The notes beneath the pieces were generated by a model that saw only the letters and a program-made list of their open reading frames with translations, made no database searches and was not told the origin of the DNA. A program made the translations under genes and the position numbers. Of a stretch of 34,575 nt of DNA, positions 16,129 through 25,395 are shown in pieces. Every line of letters begins with the position of its first letter. Positions within the stretch are counted from its first letter, which is position 1. Origin of the DNA: Candidatus Limnocylindrus sp. (GTDB lineage: Bacteria > Chloroflexota > Limnocylindria > Limnocylindrales > Limnocylindraceae); contig JBIIGQ010000092.1 of NCBI GenBank assembly GCA_044236365.1, forward strand, positions 1 through 34,575, written 5' to 3'.

Positions 16129-17118
16129 ATGACCGTTCATAACCCAGGAATCTTTTCCGACAACGCCATCACAATTGGCCGCACCCCACTGGTGCGCTTG
16201 AACCGCGTCACCGACGGCGCCGCCGCAACGGTGCTCGCCAAGATTGAGGGGCGCAACCCTGCCTACTCCGTAAAGTGCCGACTCGGCACCGCCATGGTGC
16301 TCGACGCCGAGAAGCGCGGCGTACTGAAGCCAGGCGTTGAGATTGTTGAGCCAACGAGCGGCAACACCGGCATCGCCTTGGCGATGGTTGGCGCGGCGCG
16401 CGGCTACAAGGTCACCCTCACCATGCCCGACACCGTCAGCATTGAGCGACGAAAGTTGATCGTTGCCTACGGCGCAACGCTGGTCTTGACCGAAGGCGCA
16501 AAGGGGATGCCAGGTGCAATCGCCAAGGCCGAAGAGATTGCCGCATCGGATCCTGCGCGCTACGTGCTGTTGCAGCAGTTCAAGAATCCAGCTGGCCCTG
16601 CAATCCACGAATCAACCACCGGCCCAGAGATCTGGGATGACACCGAAGGCAACGTCGACATCTTCGTTGCAGGGAGCGGCACTGGCGGAACTATCACCGG
16701 CGTTGCTCGCTATTTGAAGAAGGGTCGCGGTAAGGCGGTGCAGATCGTTGCCGTTGAGCCGGCCACCAGTCCAGTTATTGCGCAGCGCATGGCGGGTCAG
16801 CCGAATCAGCCTGCACCACACAAGATTCAGGGAATCGGGCCGGGCTTTGTTCCCGACATTCTCGACATCTCACTCATTGACCAGGTTGAGTCCGTGACGA
16901 ACGAAGAGGCGATCGCCATGGCGCGTCGCATTGCGCGCGAAGAGGGGATCCTCGTTGGTATCTCGTGCGGCGCTGCCGCACACGTTGCGCTGAAGTTGGC
17001 GCATCTGCCAGAGAACGCGGGGAAGACGATTGTCGTCGTGCTTCCAGATTCAGGCGAGCGCTACCTGAGCACCGCGCTCTACGAGGGGCTCTTTGATGCA
17101 AGCGGCATCGCCCTGTGA
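16129..17118 (+). CDS. cysK: cysteine synthase A
   Basis: [12 protein letters not shown] lysine, [32 protein letters not shown]; GGAGG SD. Confidence 0.95.
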   Translation: MTVHNPGIFSDNAITIGRTPLVRLNRVTDGAAATVLAKIEGRNPAYSVKCRLGTAMVLDAEKRGVLKPGVEIVEPTSGNTGIALAMVGAARGYKVTLTMPDTVSIERRKLIVAYGATLVLTEGAKGMPGAIAKAEEIAASDPARYVLLQQFKNPAGPAIHESTTGPEIWDDTEGNVDIFVAGSGTGGTITGVARYLKKGRGKAVQIVAVEPATSPVIAQRMAGQPNQPAPHKIQGIGPGFVPDILDISLIDQVESVTNEEAIAMARRIAREEGILVGISCGAAAHVALKLAHLPENAGKTIVVVLPDSGERYLSTALYEGLFDASGIAL

Positions 17119-18005
17119 GTGCTGACTCGACCGAAATTAGTCGGGCGCTGACTGCCGCCGACGCTGCTCTTGCGGGTGGTGCGGTGGCGGCAGGCGACCG
17201 ACCATCGCGCGGCGAGATCACGCGCGTGTTGGCCGAGTTGCGTTCCGCACTCTTCCCACGCGAGCTCGGCGTTGCCGCCGATGGCGAGGCGGCAGTGGCG
17301 GCGCATCTTGCGTCGGCACTTGCAGGACTGCGCGAGCAGATCCGACGCTGCACCGTGCTCTTCGCCGCCGAGCGACCAGGTGAGGGGCTCGCTCCAGATC
17401 AGGTCGATCGCGTCACAGACGCCTTTGCCGCAGAGCTGCCCGCAATCCGCACGCTCATTGAGGGGGATATTGCCGCGGCGTTTGCCGGTGATCCAGCGGC
17501 ACGCAGCCGATCAGAGATCCTGCACGGGTACCCAGGCGTACGCGCGATGATTGATCACCGCATGGCGCATCTGCTCTACACACTTGAGGTGCCACTGTTG
17601 CCCCGCATCGCCTCAGAGGCGGCACACTCGGCCACAGGGATCGACATTCACCCGGGCGCCACAATCGGCGAGCGCTTCTTCATTGACCATGGCACCGGTG
17701 TCGTGATCGGTGAGACGGCGATCATCGGCAGCGGCGTGCGCCTCTACCAAGGGGTGACACTCGGCTCCAAGAGCTTCCCCAAGGGTGACGATGGCAACCT
17801 GGTAAAGGGTCAGCCGCGCCACCCGATCATTGAAGACGACGTGGTGATTTACTCCGGGGCGACGGTTCTTGGTCGCATCACGGTTGGTCGTGGCTCCACG
17901 ATCGGCGGGAACGTATGGCTGACGAAGAGCGTTCCCGCGGGGAGCCAGTTGTCGCAGGCACGCGTGCGTACCGACGAGGTCGCTGCCGAGGGTTCGGGCA
18001 TCTAG
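17115..18005 (+). CDS. cysE: serine O-acetyltransferase
   Basis: [30 protein letters not shown]; GTGA overlap with cysK. Confidence 0.93.
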   Translation: MSADSTEISRALTAADAALAGGAVAAGDRPSRGEITRVLAELRSALFPRELGVAADGEAAVAAHLASALAGLREQIRRCTVLFAAERPGEGLAPDQVDRVTDAFAAELPAIRTLIEGDIAAAFAGDPAARSRSEILHGYPGVRAMIDHRMAHLLYTLEVPLLPRIASEAAHSATGIDIHPGATIGERFFIDHGTGVVIGETAIIGSGVRLYQGVTLGSKSFPKGDDGNLVKGQPRHPIIEDDVVIYSGATVLGRITVGRGSTIGGNVWLTKSVPAGSQLSQARVRTDEVAAEGSGI

Positions 18006-18029
18006 CGCTCGGGGGGATAGAATCCCGCC

Positions 18030-18086
18030 ATGCCCACACAGCACACACCCCTCTTGCTGATGCCGCTCTGCGCGGAGCGCAGATGA
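18030..18086 (+). CDS. putative leaderless leader peptide (18 aa) coupled to the ABC exporter
   Basis: TAGAAT (18018-18023), 6 nt, ATG; MPTQHTPLLLMPLCAERR*; stop overlaps the next start (ATGA, 18083-18086). Confidence 0.5.
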   Translation: MPTQHTPLLLMPLCAERR

Positions 18087-19945
18087 GCGGCGGCATGGGC
18101 TCAGGTCGTGGTGGCCACATGTTCGGCGGCGATGACACTGGCCCAACAAAGCCTGCCGGAGCAGCGCTGCCGTTACTGCGACGAGCGGCGAGGTTCTTTG
18201 GGCCATACCGTGCGCGCCTCAGCGTTATTGGGCTTGCCATTATTGGATCGAGCATCCTGGGGCTCGCGAACCCGTACTTACTGAAGCTCCTCATCGACGA
18301 GGCGATTCCGCAGCGCGACCTCGGCCTGCTGGCGCTTTATGCGGGCCTGATGGTGGTCGTACCAATCATCAACGGCGGCATCGGGCTCGCCCAGGCGTGG
18401 CTCACCGCCTCTGTAGGCCAGTTCGTGATGCGCGACCTGCGCAACGCGCTCTTCACCCATGTGCAGTCGATGCCGATCCGTTTCTTCTCTGAGACGCGCA
18501 CCGGTGAGATTCAGAGCCGACTCACCAACGACGTCTCTGGTGTGCAATCAGTTGTGAGCGATGCCGCCGCGAACCTCGCCTCGAGCATTGCGATCGTTGT
18601 CTCAACGCTTGTGGCGATGACGTTGATTGACTGGCGCCTGACGGCGGTGAGCGTTGCCGTTGCGCCGCTCTTCCTTTTCCTGTCGTCGAAGGCATCGGCG
18701 GCGCGTCGAAAGGCGAGCGGTGAGGTGCAGACAGCGCTTGCTGACCTCACCTCAATTGCTGAGGAACATCTCTCTGTTGGTGGTGCCCTGCTCGCCAAGT
18801 CGTTCGGCCGATCAGAGTCTGGTGCAGAACGGTTTACCGAACGGTCGGCGGAGCTCGCCACGTTGCAGTTGCGCCAGGCACTCACGGGCCGATGGGTTGG
18901 CGTCGTTGTGCAGGTTGTCTTTAGCGGCATCCCAGCACTCGTTTACTTTGCTGCTGGCTCGCTCGCGGTGGCCGGCGCCCCCGATGCGCCAACGATTGGT
19001 GACATCGTGGCGTTTACCACGCTGCAGAGCCGCCTCTTCTTCCCACTCGCATCACTCCTTGGCCTGCAGGTTGAGATCGGCGGCAGCCTCGCCCTCTTTG
19101 AGCGCATCTTTGCCTACCTTGATCTGGTTCCCGAGATCGTGGACGCGCCAAACGCTAAAACGCTGACTCGTGCTGGTGTGCGCGGTCAGGTGTCGCTGCA
19201 TGAGGTGACCTTCCGCTATCCGCAGCCTTTAGCCGGCGCGGGCCGCCATCGCCGGGACAGCTTTGGCTTGACGGGAATCTCCTTCACCGCCGAACCGGGG
19301 AGCCTCACCGCCCTCGTTGGACCATCGGGCTCAGGGAAGAGCACCATTTTGAGTTTGATCCCACGCTTCTGGGATACGGGCACTGGCTCCGTGCAACTTG
19401 ACGGCGTTGACGTTCGCGAGATCAAGCTTCGCTCTCTTGGCGAGATGATCGGCGTGGTAACGCAAGAGACACACCTGCTTCACGCCACCATTCGCGACAA
19501 CCTGCTCTATGCGCGGCCAGAGGCGACCGACACGCAGATCCTTGCCGCCCTTGAGGGGGCCTCGCTGGCGGAGCGCATCAAGGAGCTGCCGCAGGGCCTC
19601 GACACCGTCGTAGGTGAGCGCGGCTACAAACTCTCTGGGGGCGAGCGTCAGCGCTTGGCTATCGCCCGCGTGCTCCTGAAGGACCCACCAATTCTCTTGC
19701 TCGACGAGGCAACCTCGGCACTCGACTCGGTCTCGGAGCGCCACGTGCAACAGGCGCTTGAGCGCGCCATGGCAGGTCGCACCACCATCGCCGTGGCGCA
19801 CCGACTGAGCACCGTTGCGTCAGCGGATCAGATCATCGTCTTGGATCACGGCACCATCGTGGAGCGTGGCCGACACGACGAGTTGCGCGCGAAGGGCGGC
19901 CTCTACGCCGAACTCGCCGCCGTGCAGTTCGGGCTCCACGCGTAG
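18083..19945 (+). CDS. ABC exporter, fused TMD-NBD (multidrug/MsbA-like)
   Basis: GPSGSGKS, LSGGERQR, LLDEATSALD, AHRLST; N-terminal TM domain. Confidence 0.93.
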   Translation: MSGGMGSGRGGHMFGGDDTGPTKPAGAALPLLRRAARFFGPYRARLSVIGLAIIGSSILGLANPYLLKLLIDEAIPQRDLGLLALYAGLMVVVPIINGGIGLAQAWLTASVGQFVMRDLRNALFTHVQSMPIRFFSETRTGEIQSRLTNDVSGVQSVVSDAAANLASSIAIVVSTLVAMTLIDWRLTAVSVAVAPLFLFLSSKASAARRKASGEVQTALADLTSIAEEHLSVGGALLAKSFGRSESGAERFTERSAELATLQLRQALTGRWVGVVVQVVFSGIPALVYFAAGSLAVAGAPDAPTIGDIVAFTTLQSRLFFPLASLLGLQVEIGGSLALFERIFAYLDLVPEIVDAPNAKTLTRAGVRGQVSLHEVTFRYPQPLAGAGRHRRDSFGLTGISFTAEPGSLTALVGPSGSGKSTILSLIPRFWDTGTGSVQLDGVDVREIKLRSLGEMIGVVTQETHLLHATIRDNLLYARPEATDTQILAALEGASLAERIKELPQGLDTVVGERGYKLSGGERQRLAIARVLLKDPPILLLDEATSALDSVSERHVQQALERAMAGRTTIAVAHRLSTVASADQIIVLDHGTIVERGRHDELRAKGGLYAELAAVQFGLHA

Positions 19946-19977
19946 CCGCTGAGGGGTTACGGCGCTAGACTTCCCGT

Positions 19978-22683
19978 ATGCCAATTGCTGCCACCTCGCG
20001 TCGCACTGCTCGCCTCAGCGTCGCGCTGCTCACCGCCGCCATCAGCCTCTCAGGCCAATCGGTGGTGCCCGTTGCGGCGACGGATCCGGTGGATTGGCGT
20101 ACCTGTGCGGCGCGACCCGTGCCTCTCCCGGCGGCGCGCGCGATCGACCCCACACTTGCCAGTGCCCTCACCGCAAAGGTGGTCGCCTGGCAGAAGGCGC
20201 GTCGAACTCGCCATTCAGGGGTGTCGGTCGCTATTCGCTGGGACGATGGCCGCAGCCTCACCGCCGTCGTTGGCGTTGGCGACACCAAGAGCAGGCGCAC
20301 CGTGACTCCATCCATGCCGTTCGCTATCGCAAGTACCAGCAAGGCGCTCACCGCCGCCGTTGCACTGCTCCTTGATCACTGCGGGATCTTGCCACTCAGC
20401 ACGCGCGCCTCAACGCTCGTCCCCGAAGCAGAAGTGAAACCTGAAGTCACCATTGCGCAGTTGCTCTTGCACCGATCAGGGATGAGCGACTGGCTGACCG
20501 ACAAGGATTCTCGAATGGGCTGGCTGAGCAGAAATCAGAATGCGAAGGTGACGCCGCTGACCGCCGTGCAGGGCCTGCTCACACCGACAAAGGTTGGGAG
20601 CTTCTCGTATTCGAACTCGGGCTTCACCCTCGTCACAATCGCAGCTGAACGCGCCACTGGTGTTGACTGGAAGACGCTGGTGCAGTCGCTGCTCCTTGAT
20701 CCAATGAACATGACTGAGACAGGCTGGGGGCCAAAAGTTGGCGCGGCACGGCCACACATGGGCGGCAAGCCGTACGGCTTTGTGAGCTGGGCGCCCAGCA
20801 AGGCAGTCGGCACCATTCTGCGCGGGTCGGGCGACATGCTCTCCACGCCACGCGACCTCGCACGGTTCGGCGAACTCTTTTGGGGGAACCGACTCACCGA
20901 GGGAGAGGCGACACTCGCCATGAACGGCATCGCGTATCAAACTTGGAGATCATGGCTCTATAACTATGGCACGCAAGTTGATCGAACCTGGCTCGGTGAG
21001 CTACGTGGCTACGGTCACAATGGTGGATTCTCTGGTGTCACGAGCTCACTCAAGCGAATCCCTACACTAGGGATCACCATCGCTGCAGTGGCGAACGGCA
21101 CACCGACAACGAACTCGTTCGCCGACGATCTTGTGCAAGAGCTCTACAAGGTCATCGATCAGCCATCAGTGGACGGGAGCGGTGTACCGCGGCTGACCGC
21201 TGCGGAGAGCGGCGACCCGGAGCCACCGGACGCGCCCGTTGTTCTTCCCGCCGATTACTGCGGTGACCCTACGCCGAGCAGCAGCAGTGATGCACTGGCT
21301 GCTCGCTGGATCCCCCTCGGCTCTTCTGCCGGATGGGTGGGGGGCACGACATCGATGGTCGAACTCCCCGATGGGCGCCTCGTCGTTGGTGGCACGGGAC
21401 TGACGAAGGCGGCTGGAACTGCCGTGGCAGGGCTCGCGGTGCGCGACCCACGGACCGGCGCGTGGCAGGCGTTCGCGACGCTGAAGACCTCAGCCGGACG
21501 CGTCGCCTCGGTGCACGGGCTGGCCGTTGATGCCTCGCGAAAGATTCTCTATGTTGCGGGCAACTTCAGCAGTGTGACGTGGGGAAACCGTCGCGTTACG
21601 GCTGTCGGGATCGCCCAGCTCAATCTCAAAACTGGACTCTGGTCGAAGGTCGGCACAGGGCTCACCGGCAAAGGAATTTCCGTCAGCACGCTCTCGTTGG
21701 ATGCAGCGAGTGGCAACCTGCTGGTTGGGGGCCGCTTCACGCGCGCAGGCGGTGTCGCCTCGGAAAACATTGCAACGTGGAGCCCAACACGGAAGCGATG
21801 GCTGGCGCTTGGGGCTGGATTGAAATCTGATGTTGTCACCGCTGCACTTGCAGGCGACGGCACCGTCTACGCCGCAGGCAGGTTCGTAGGTGGACTGGTC
21901 TCAACATGGAACCCCACAACAAAAGTCTGGAGCACGATCGGTGATGCTCGACTCTTCTCTGATCTTCCGACGAGCATGGTCGTTGACTCGTTCGGCCACC
22001 CGTTGATCGGGCGTGGCGTTGGCTGGTATGGCGACGCCGTGCAAGCGATTGAACCTGCTGCCCCTGGTGGCTGGATCCCGTTAGGCGGCGGCGTGAGTTA
22101 CCCGCGACGCACTGCGTGGGTAACAGCGATGGCCACACTCTCTGACGGCACCGTTGCCGTTGGTGGCTACTTCGCCAAGGCTGGCGCGCTGGATTCGCCG
22201 AACCTCGCCGTATGGGACCCCATCACGCAGCGATACACAACGCTCGGGACCGGGCTCGCGATTGAGCCAGATGCCCTCGCGCCGAGCGCATTCGGAACGC
22301 TCTATGCCGCCACGCGAGTGAGAAGCGCAGCTCCTGGCGGTAAGGGTGGACGCTGCATCGGTGTCTGGGCGAAGCAGGCACCCGCCGCGCCTGTTGGCGC
22401 AACGATCACGGCGGGTCGCGGCACGATTCGCGTGAACTGGGCGCTCCCAGCCGACTCCAGCGAAGCAACGGGCTGGATCGCGACCGCCACCGCCAAGGGT
22501 CGAACGACACGCAGCTGCACGCTCGCTGGCACTGCGATCACCCAGGTGGCAGGAGCTGCCGCTACGTGCACGATCACCGGCCTCGTCAAGGGGGTCACCT
22601 ACAAGGTGACACTCGTTGCCTGGTCTGCACCGGCTGGGCCATCACCGCGTGTCGAGATCGGCACCGTGAAAACACTGCGCTGA
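19978..22683 (+). CDS. secreted beta-lactamase-family serine hydrolase fused to beta-propeller repeats and a C-terminal FN3-like domain
   Basis: Signal peptide; STSK (SxxK), LLLHRSG, YSN, GHNGG; repeated xGGxF...NIAxW...W units; TITGLVKGVTYKVTLVAW. Confidence 0.8.
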   Translation: MPIAATSRRTARLSVALLTAAISLSGQSVVPVAATDPVDWRTCAARPVPLPAARAIDPTLASALTAKVVAWQKARRTRHSGVSVAIRWDDGRSLTAVVGVGDTKSRRTVTPSMPFAIASTSKALTAAVALLLDHCGILPLSTRASTLVPEAEVKPEVTIAQLLLHRSGMSDWLTDKDSRMGWLSRNQNAKVTPLTAVQGLLTPTKVGSFSYSNSGFTLVTIAAERATGVDWKTLVQSLLLDPMNMTETGWGPKVGAARPHMGGKPYGFVSWAPSKAVGTILRGSGDMLSTPRDLARFGELFWGNRLTEGEATLAMNGIAYQTWRSWLYNYGTQVDRTWLGELRGYGHNGGFSGVTSSLKRIPTLGITIAAVANGTPTTNSFADDLVQELYKVIDQPSVDGSGVPRLTAAESGDPEPPDAPVVLPADYCGDPTPSSSSDALAARWIPLGSSAGWVGGTTSMVELPDGRLVVGGTGLTKAAGTAVAGLAVRDPRTGAWQAFATLKTSAGRVASVHGLAVDASRKILYVAGNFSSVTWGNRRVTAVGIAQLNLKTGLWSKVGTGLTGKGISVSTLSLDAASGNLLVGGRFTRAGGVASENIATWSPTRKRWLALGAGLKSDVVTAALAGDGTVYAAGRFVGGLVSTWNPTTKVWSTIGDARLFSDLPTSMVVDSFGHPLIGRGVGWYGDAVQAIEPAAPGGWIPLGGGVSYPRRTAWVTAMATLSDGTVAVGGYFAKAGALDSPNLAVWDPITQRYTTLGTGLAIEPDALAPSAFGTLYAATRVRSAAPGGKGGRCIGVWAKQAPAAPVGATITAGRGTIRVNWALPADSSEATGWIATATAKGRTTRSCTLAGTAITQVAGAAATCTITGLVKGVTYKVTLVAWSAPAGPSPRVEIGTVKTLR

Positions 22684-23651
22684 TGCGGCGTTTCTTGCGA
22701 GCAACATGGAGTGCCGTCGCTCTTGCACTCGTACTCATCGGTTGTTCGGTTGCGGTGACTCCGACTGCGTCCCCAAGCCCGACACCAGTAGCGCGAACAC
22801 AGCCCTTCAAGGTGGTTGGATATGTGACACCCGCCGCCAGTATTGCTGCGATTGACTTCTCGCTCCTGACGCACATCAATTACTCCTTCCTGATTCCACG
22901 GGCGAATGGCACGACGCGGCCGTTCGGCGCGCCGAATCATTTGCGCGCGGTCGTTGCACAAGCGAAGAAGCATGACGTCAAGGTGCTCATTGCTGTTGGA
23001 GGGTGGGGTTGGGATAAGGAGTTTGAGACACTCGCGGCTGATCCGGCAATCCGCGAAAAGCTGGCGAAACGCGTGGCGGAGTTTTGCGCTACCTACCAAC
23101 TCGACGGGGTCGACATTGATTGGGAGTATCCGAATGCTGGTGCGTCGGCAGCAAACTTCGCTGCGCTCGCGATCGCATTCCGCTCGGCGCTCCCAGCGGG
23201 GGCGCTCGTCACTGCGGCAGTGCTTGCCGATGCCACGGACGCGGAGGGGATCTCGACTGATGCCGTTGGGTATCTCGACTTCATCAACCTCATGGCGTAC
23301 GACGGACCGAGAAGCGATCACTCGTCGTACGCCATGGCGGAGCGATCGATCGCGAGCTGGCTTGCTCGAGGCATTCATCCAGATAAGCTCGTGCTCGGCG
23401 TGCCATTCTATGCCCGCCCTGGCGGCGCCTCCTATCGAACGCTGCTCGCTAGCGACCCAGCGGCTGCCAGCGGTGACCGCATCCTCTTCAAGGGTGTTGA
23501 GCAGAACTACAACGGGCCAGCAACGATTCGGCGCAAGACAGAACTCGCACTGCAGATAGCGGGCGGGATCATGATTTGGGAGCTATCGAAGGATGCGCGA
23601 GGCGGCGACTCACTCTTGCGCGTGATTGGCGAAACTGTCGCCGCCCCCTAG
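22683..23651 (+). CDS. GH18 (chitinase-like) lipoprotein
   Basis: LIGC lipobox, Pro/Thr linker, AVGGW, LDGVDIDWEYP (intact DxxDxDxE), MAYD, GVPFY; TGATG overlap with the upstream gene. Confidence 0.9.
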   Translation: MRRFLRATWSAVALALVLIGCSVAVTPTASPSPTPVARTQPFKVVGYVTPAASIAAIDFSLLTHINYSFLIPRANGTTRPFGAPNHLRAVVAQAKKHDVKVLIAVGGWGWDKEFETLAADPAIREKLAKRVAEFCATYQLDGVDIDWEYPNAGASAANFAALAIAFRSALPAGALVTAAVLADATDAEGISTDAVGYLDFINLMAYDGPRSDHSSYAMAERSIASWLARGIHPDKLVLGVPFYARPGGASYRTLLASDPAAASGDRILFKGVEQNYNGPATIRRKTELALQIAGGIMIWELSKDARGGDSLLRVIGETVAAP

Positions 23652-23666
23652 GGGTATCCTCTCCCC

Positions 23667-24458
23667 ATGCAACCGCTGCGCATTGAGAGCCTCTCCAACC
23701 CTGTCGTGAAGGGGCTGCGCGCCCTGCGCACACCGAAGGGCCGCGATGAGCAGCGACTCTTCCTTGCCGAAGGCGAGCGCACCATTGCGACCGCTACGGC
23801 AGCAGGCTGGATCCCTGAGATGCTGTTGACCGCTGGGCCACTGCGCGCCCCAATCGATGGGGGAGCGAGCCGCGCTCGCGAGTCGTTCTCGGTGACGACC
23901 GAGGTGCTGGCGAAGATTACGGGGCGCGACAACCCGCAGGAGCAGCTCGCCGTCTATGCCGACCCTGCCCCCGAGGCGCAATCCGTGACGAGCATCGACC
24001 CGACTCGAGCTGCACGCTGGTTGATACTCGAGGCACCACGCGACCCTGGCAACCTTGGGAGCGCCATTCGCAGCGCCGACGCCTGTGCCGCTGGCGGCGT
24101 GATCCTTGTGGGGAACACCTGCGACCCGTACTCCATTGAAACGGTGCGCGCCACGATGGGATCAATCTTTACGGTGCCGATCTATCGCGCCACACACGAG
24201 GAGGCGGTCGCGCTGCTGAAGCGCTGGCCGGGAAGCACCGTCGCCACAGCGCTCGATGGAGCATCCGACTACAGCGAGCTCACCTACGCAGCACCAACAG
24301 CGATCGCCATCGGCACTGAGGCGGATGGGCTTAGCGCCAACCTACGTGGCGCGTGTGCCAGTGCGGCACTGATTCCGATGCTTGGCACCGCTGAGAGCCT
24401 CAACCTTGCGGTGGCATCCGCGATCATGCTTTACGCAGCCGAACGGGCGCAGCGCTAG
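23667..24458 (+). CDS. TrmH/SpoU family RNA methyltransferase
   Basis: RDPGNLGSAIRSA, GTEADGL, IPM...ESLNLAVA. Confidence 0.93.
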   Translation: MQPLRIESLSNPVVKGLRALRTPKGRDEQRLFLAEGERTIATATAAGWIPEMLLTAGPLRAPIDGGASRARESFSVTTEVLAKITGRDNPQEQLAVYADPAPEAQSVTSIDPTRAARWLILEAPRDPGNLGSAIRSADACAAGGVILVGNTCDPYSIETVRATMGSIFTVPIYRATHEEAVALLKRWPGSTVATALDGASDYSELTYAAPTAIAIGTEADGLSANLRGACASAALIPMLGTAESLNLAVASAIMLYAAERAQR

Positions 24459-24562
24459 CGCGGTAGCCGCTTTGCGTACTTGGTTCCAGGCAGAGTCGTG
24501 AGGATCCGAATAGCCTTGATTTCAGGTGAATCTCTGTAACGACTGGATGATCAGTCCTTTGG

Positions 24563-25360
24563 CTATTCGCAGATCTGTGGCTTTGCTGCTGGCGCTGGCC
24601 GCGTCGAGGTTGTCGTATCGATGTATTTACCAATAACGACCATCTTCGGTCCGTCGCTGCGATCTGTTTCAGAGGTTTGCAAGATCACTCGACCGTTCGG
24701 CACGTCGCTAATCTCAGCCCATGAGGTGAGGCCTTTTCGCACTTCGGTCACGCGGTAGCGCAGGCGAATCAGCTTCGAGCCAGCAACCTTCGGCAGCACA
24801 TCTACCTCAATGATTTGACCGATCATCCGCTTCGGCGTCCTGTCGAGGAGTCCGCCGAACTCCCAGTAACGGCCATGCGCATAGATAAAGAGGATGCCCG
24901 TCTTGCCGTCGGCCTTCCCCTTGTTCGGCATCCACTCGGCGACGCGGCACCAGGGGTATCGAGGCGAGCCATCGCCCTCAAGTGGTGGACGAACGACTGG
25001 AAGGTTGATCCAGACGCCGCTCACCAAGACGCGCACAGGGTCGCCGGCAACCGAGGGGACGAGCAGGCTCGGGTCCACTGGCGGGAGGGGCGGTGGTGTA
25101 ACGCGCGCTCGCTCGGCAGGGTCGGACGGCTCTGCCACGGGGCTCGGTGAACCGCCATCACTCGGCGCTACTGATGGACCCTCGGTAACAACAACAACTC
25201 CGTCTGGGGCCCAAGGCCCGATCTGCTGATCCACGCCCCAGGTAACGAGGGCGCCCGCAGCGAGGATGAACGAGGTGGCGAGCAGGATCGTTGAGCCGAT
25301 ATGCCGAAACGGCATGCGCTCACGCGGAGTTCGAGACTTAGGTTTGGTTGGCGGCAACAT
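24563..25360 (-). CDS. sortase-fold (class F-like) membrane protein with Ser at the catalytic Cys position
   Basis: N-terminal TM and Pro-rich linker; PVRVLV..INLPVV, FIYAHG, IGQIIEV, YRVTEV, VILQTS, KMVVIG occur in sortase motif order. Confidence 0.65.
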   Translation of the reverse strand: MLPPTKPKSRTPRERMPFRHIGSTILLATSFILAAGALVTWGVDQQIGPWAPDGVVVVTEGPSVAPSDGGSPSPVAEPSDPAERARVTPPPLPPVDPSLLVPSVAGDPVRVLVSGVWINLPVVRPPLEGDGSPRYPWCRVAEWMPNKGKADGKTGILFIYAHGRYWEFGGLLDRTPKRMIGQIIEVDVLPKVAGSKLIRLRYRVTEVRKGLTSWAEISDVPNGRVILQTSETDRSDGPKMVVIGKYIDTTTSTRPAPAAKPQICE

Positions 25361-25395
25361 AGGGAGAGTGTAGTGCGGGATGGCACACTACCCCC

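Noticed and set aside
17915-18082. ORF-track N-terminal extensions (also at 1620, 2986, 14706, 22566, 30799)
   Set aside because: They overlap neighbouring genes or promoters; better-supported downstream starts exist.
19978-21200. Calling the serine hydrolase a beta-lactam resistance gene
   Set aside because: The motifs are shared by many peptidases and esterases; substrate cannot be inferred from sequence.
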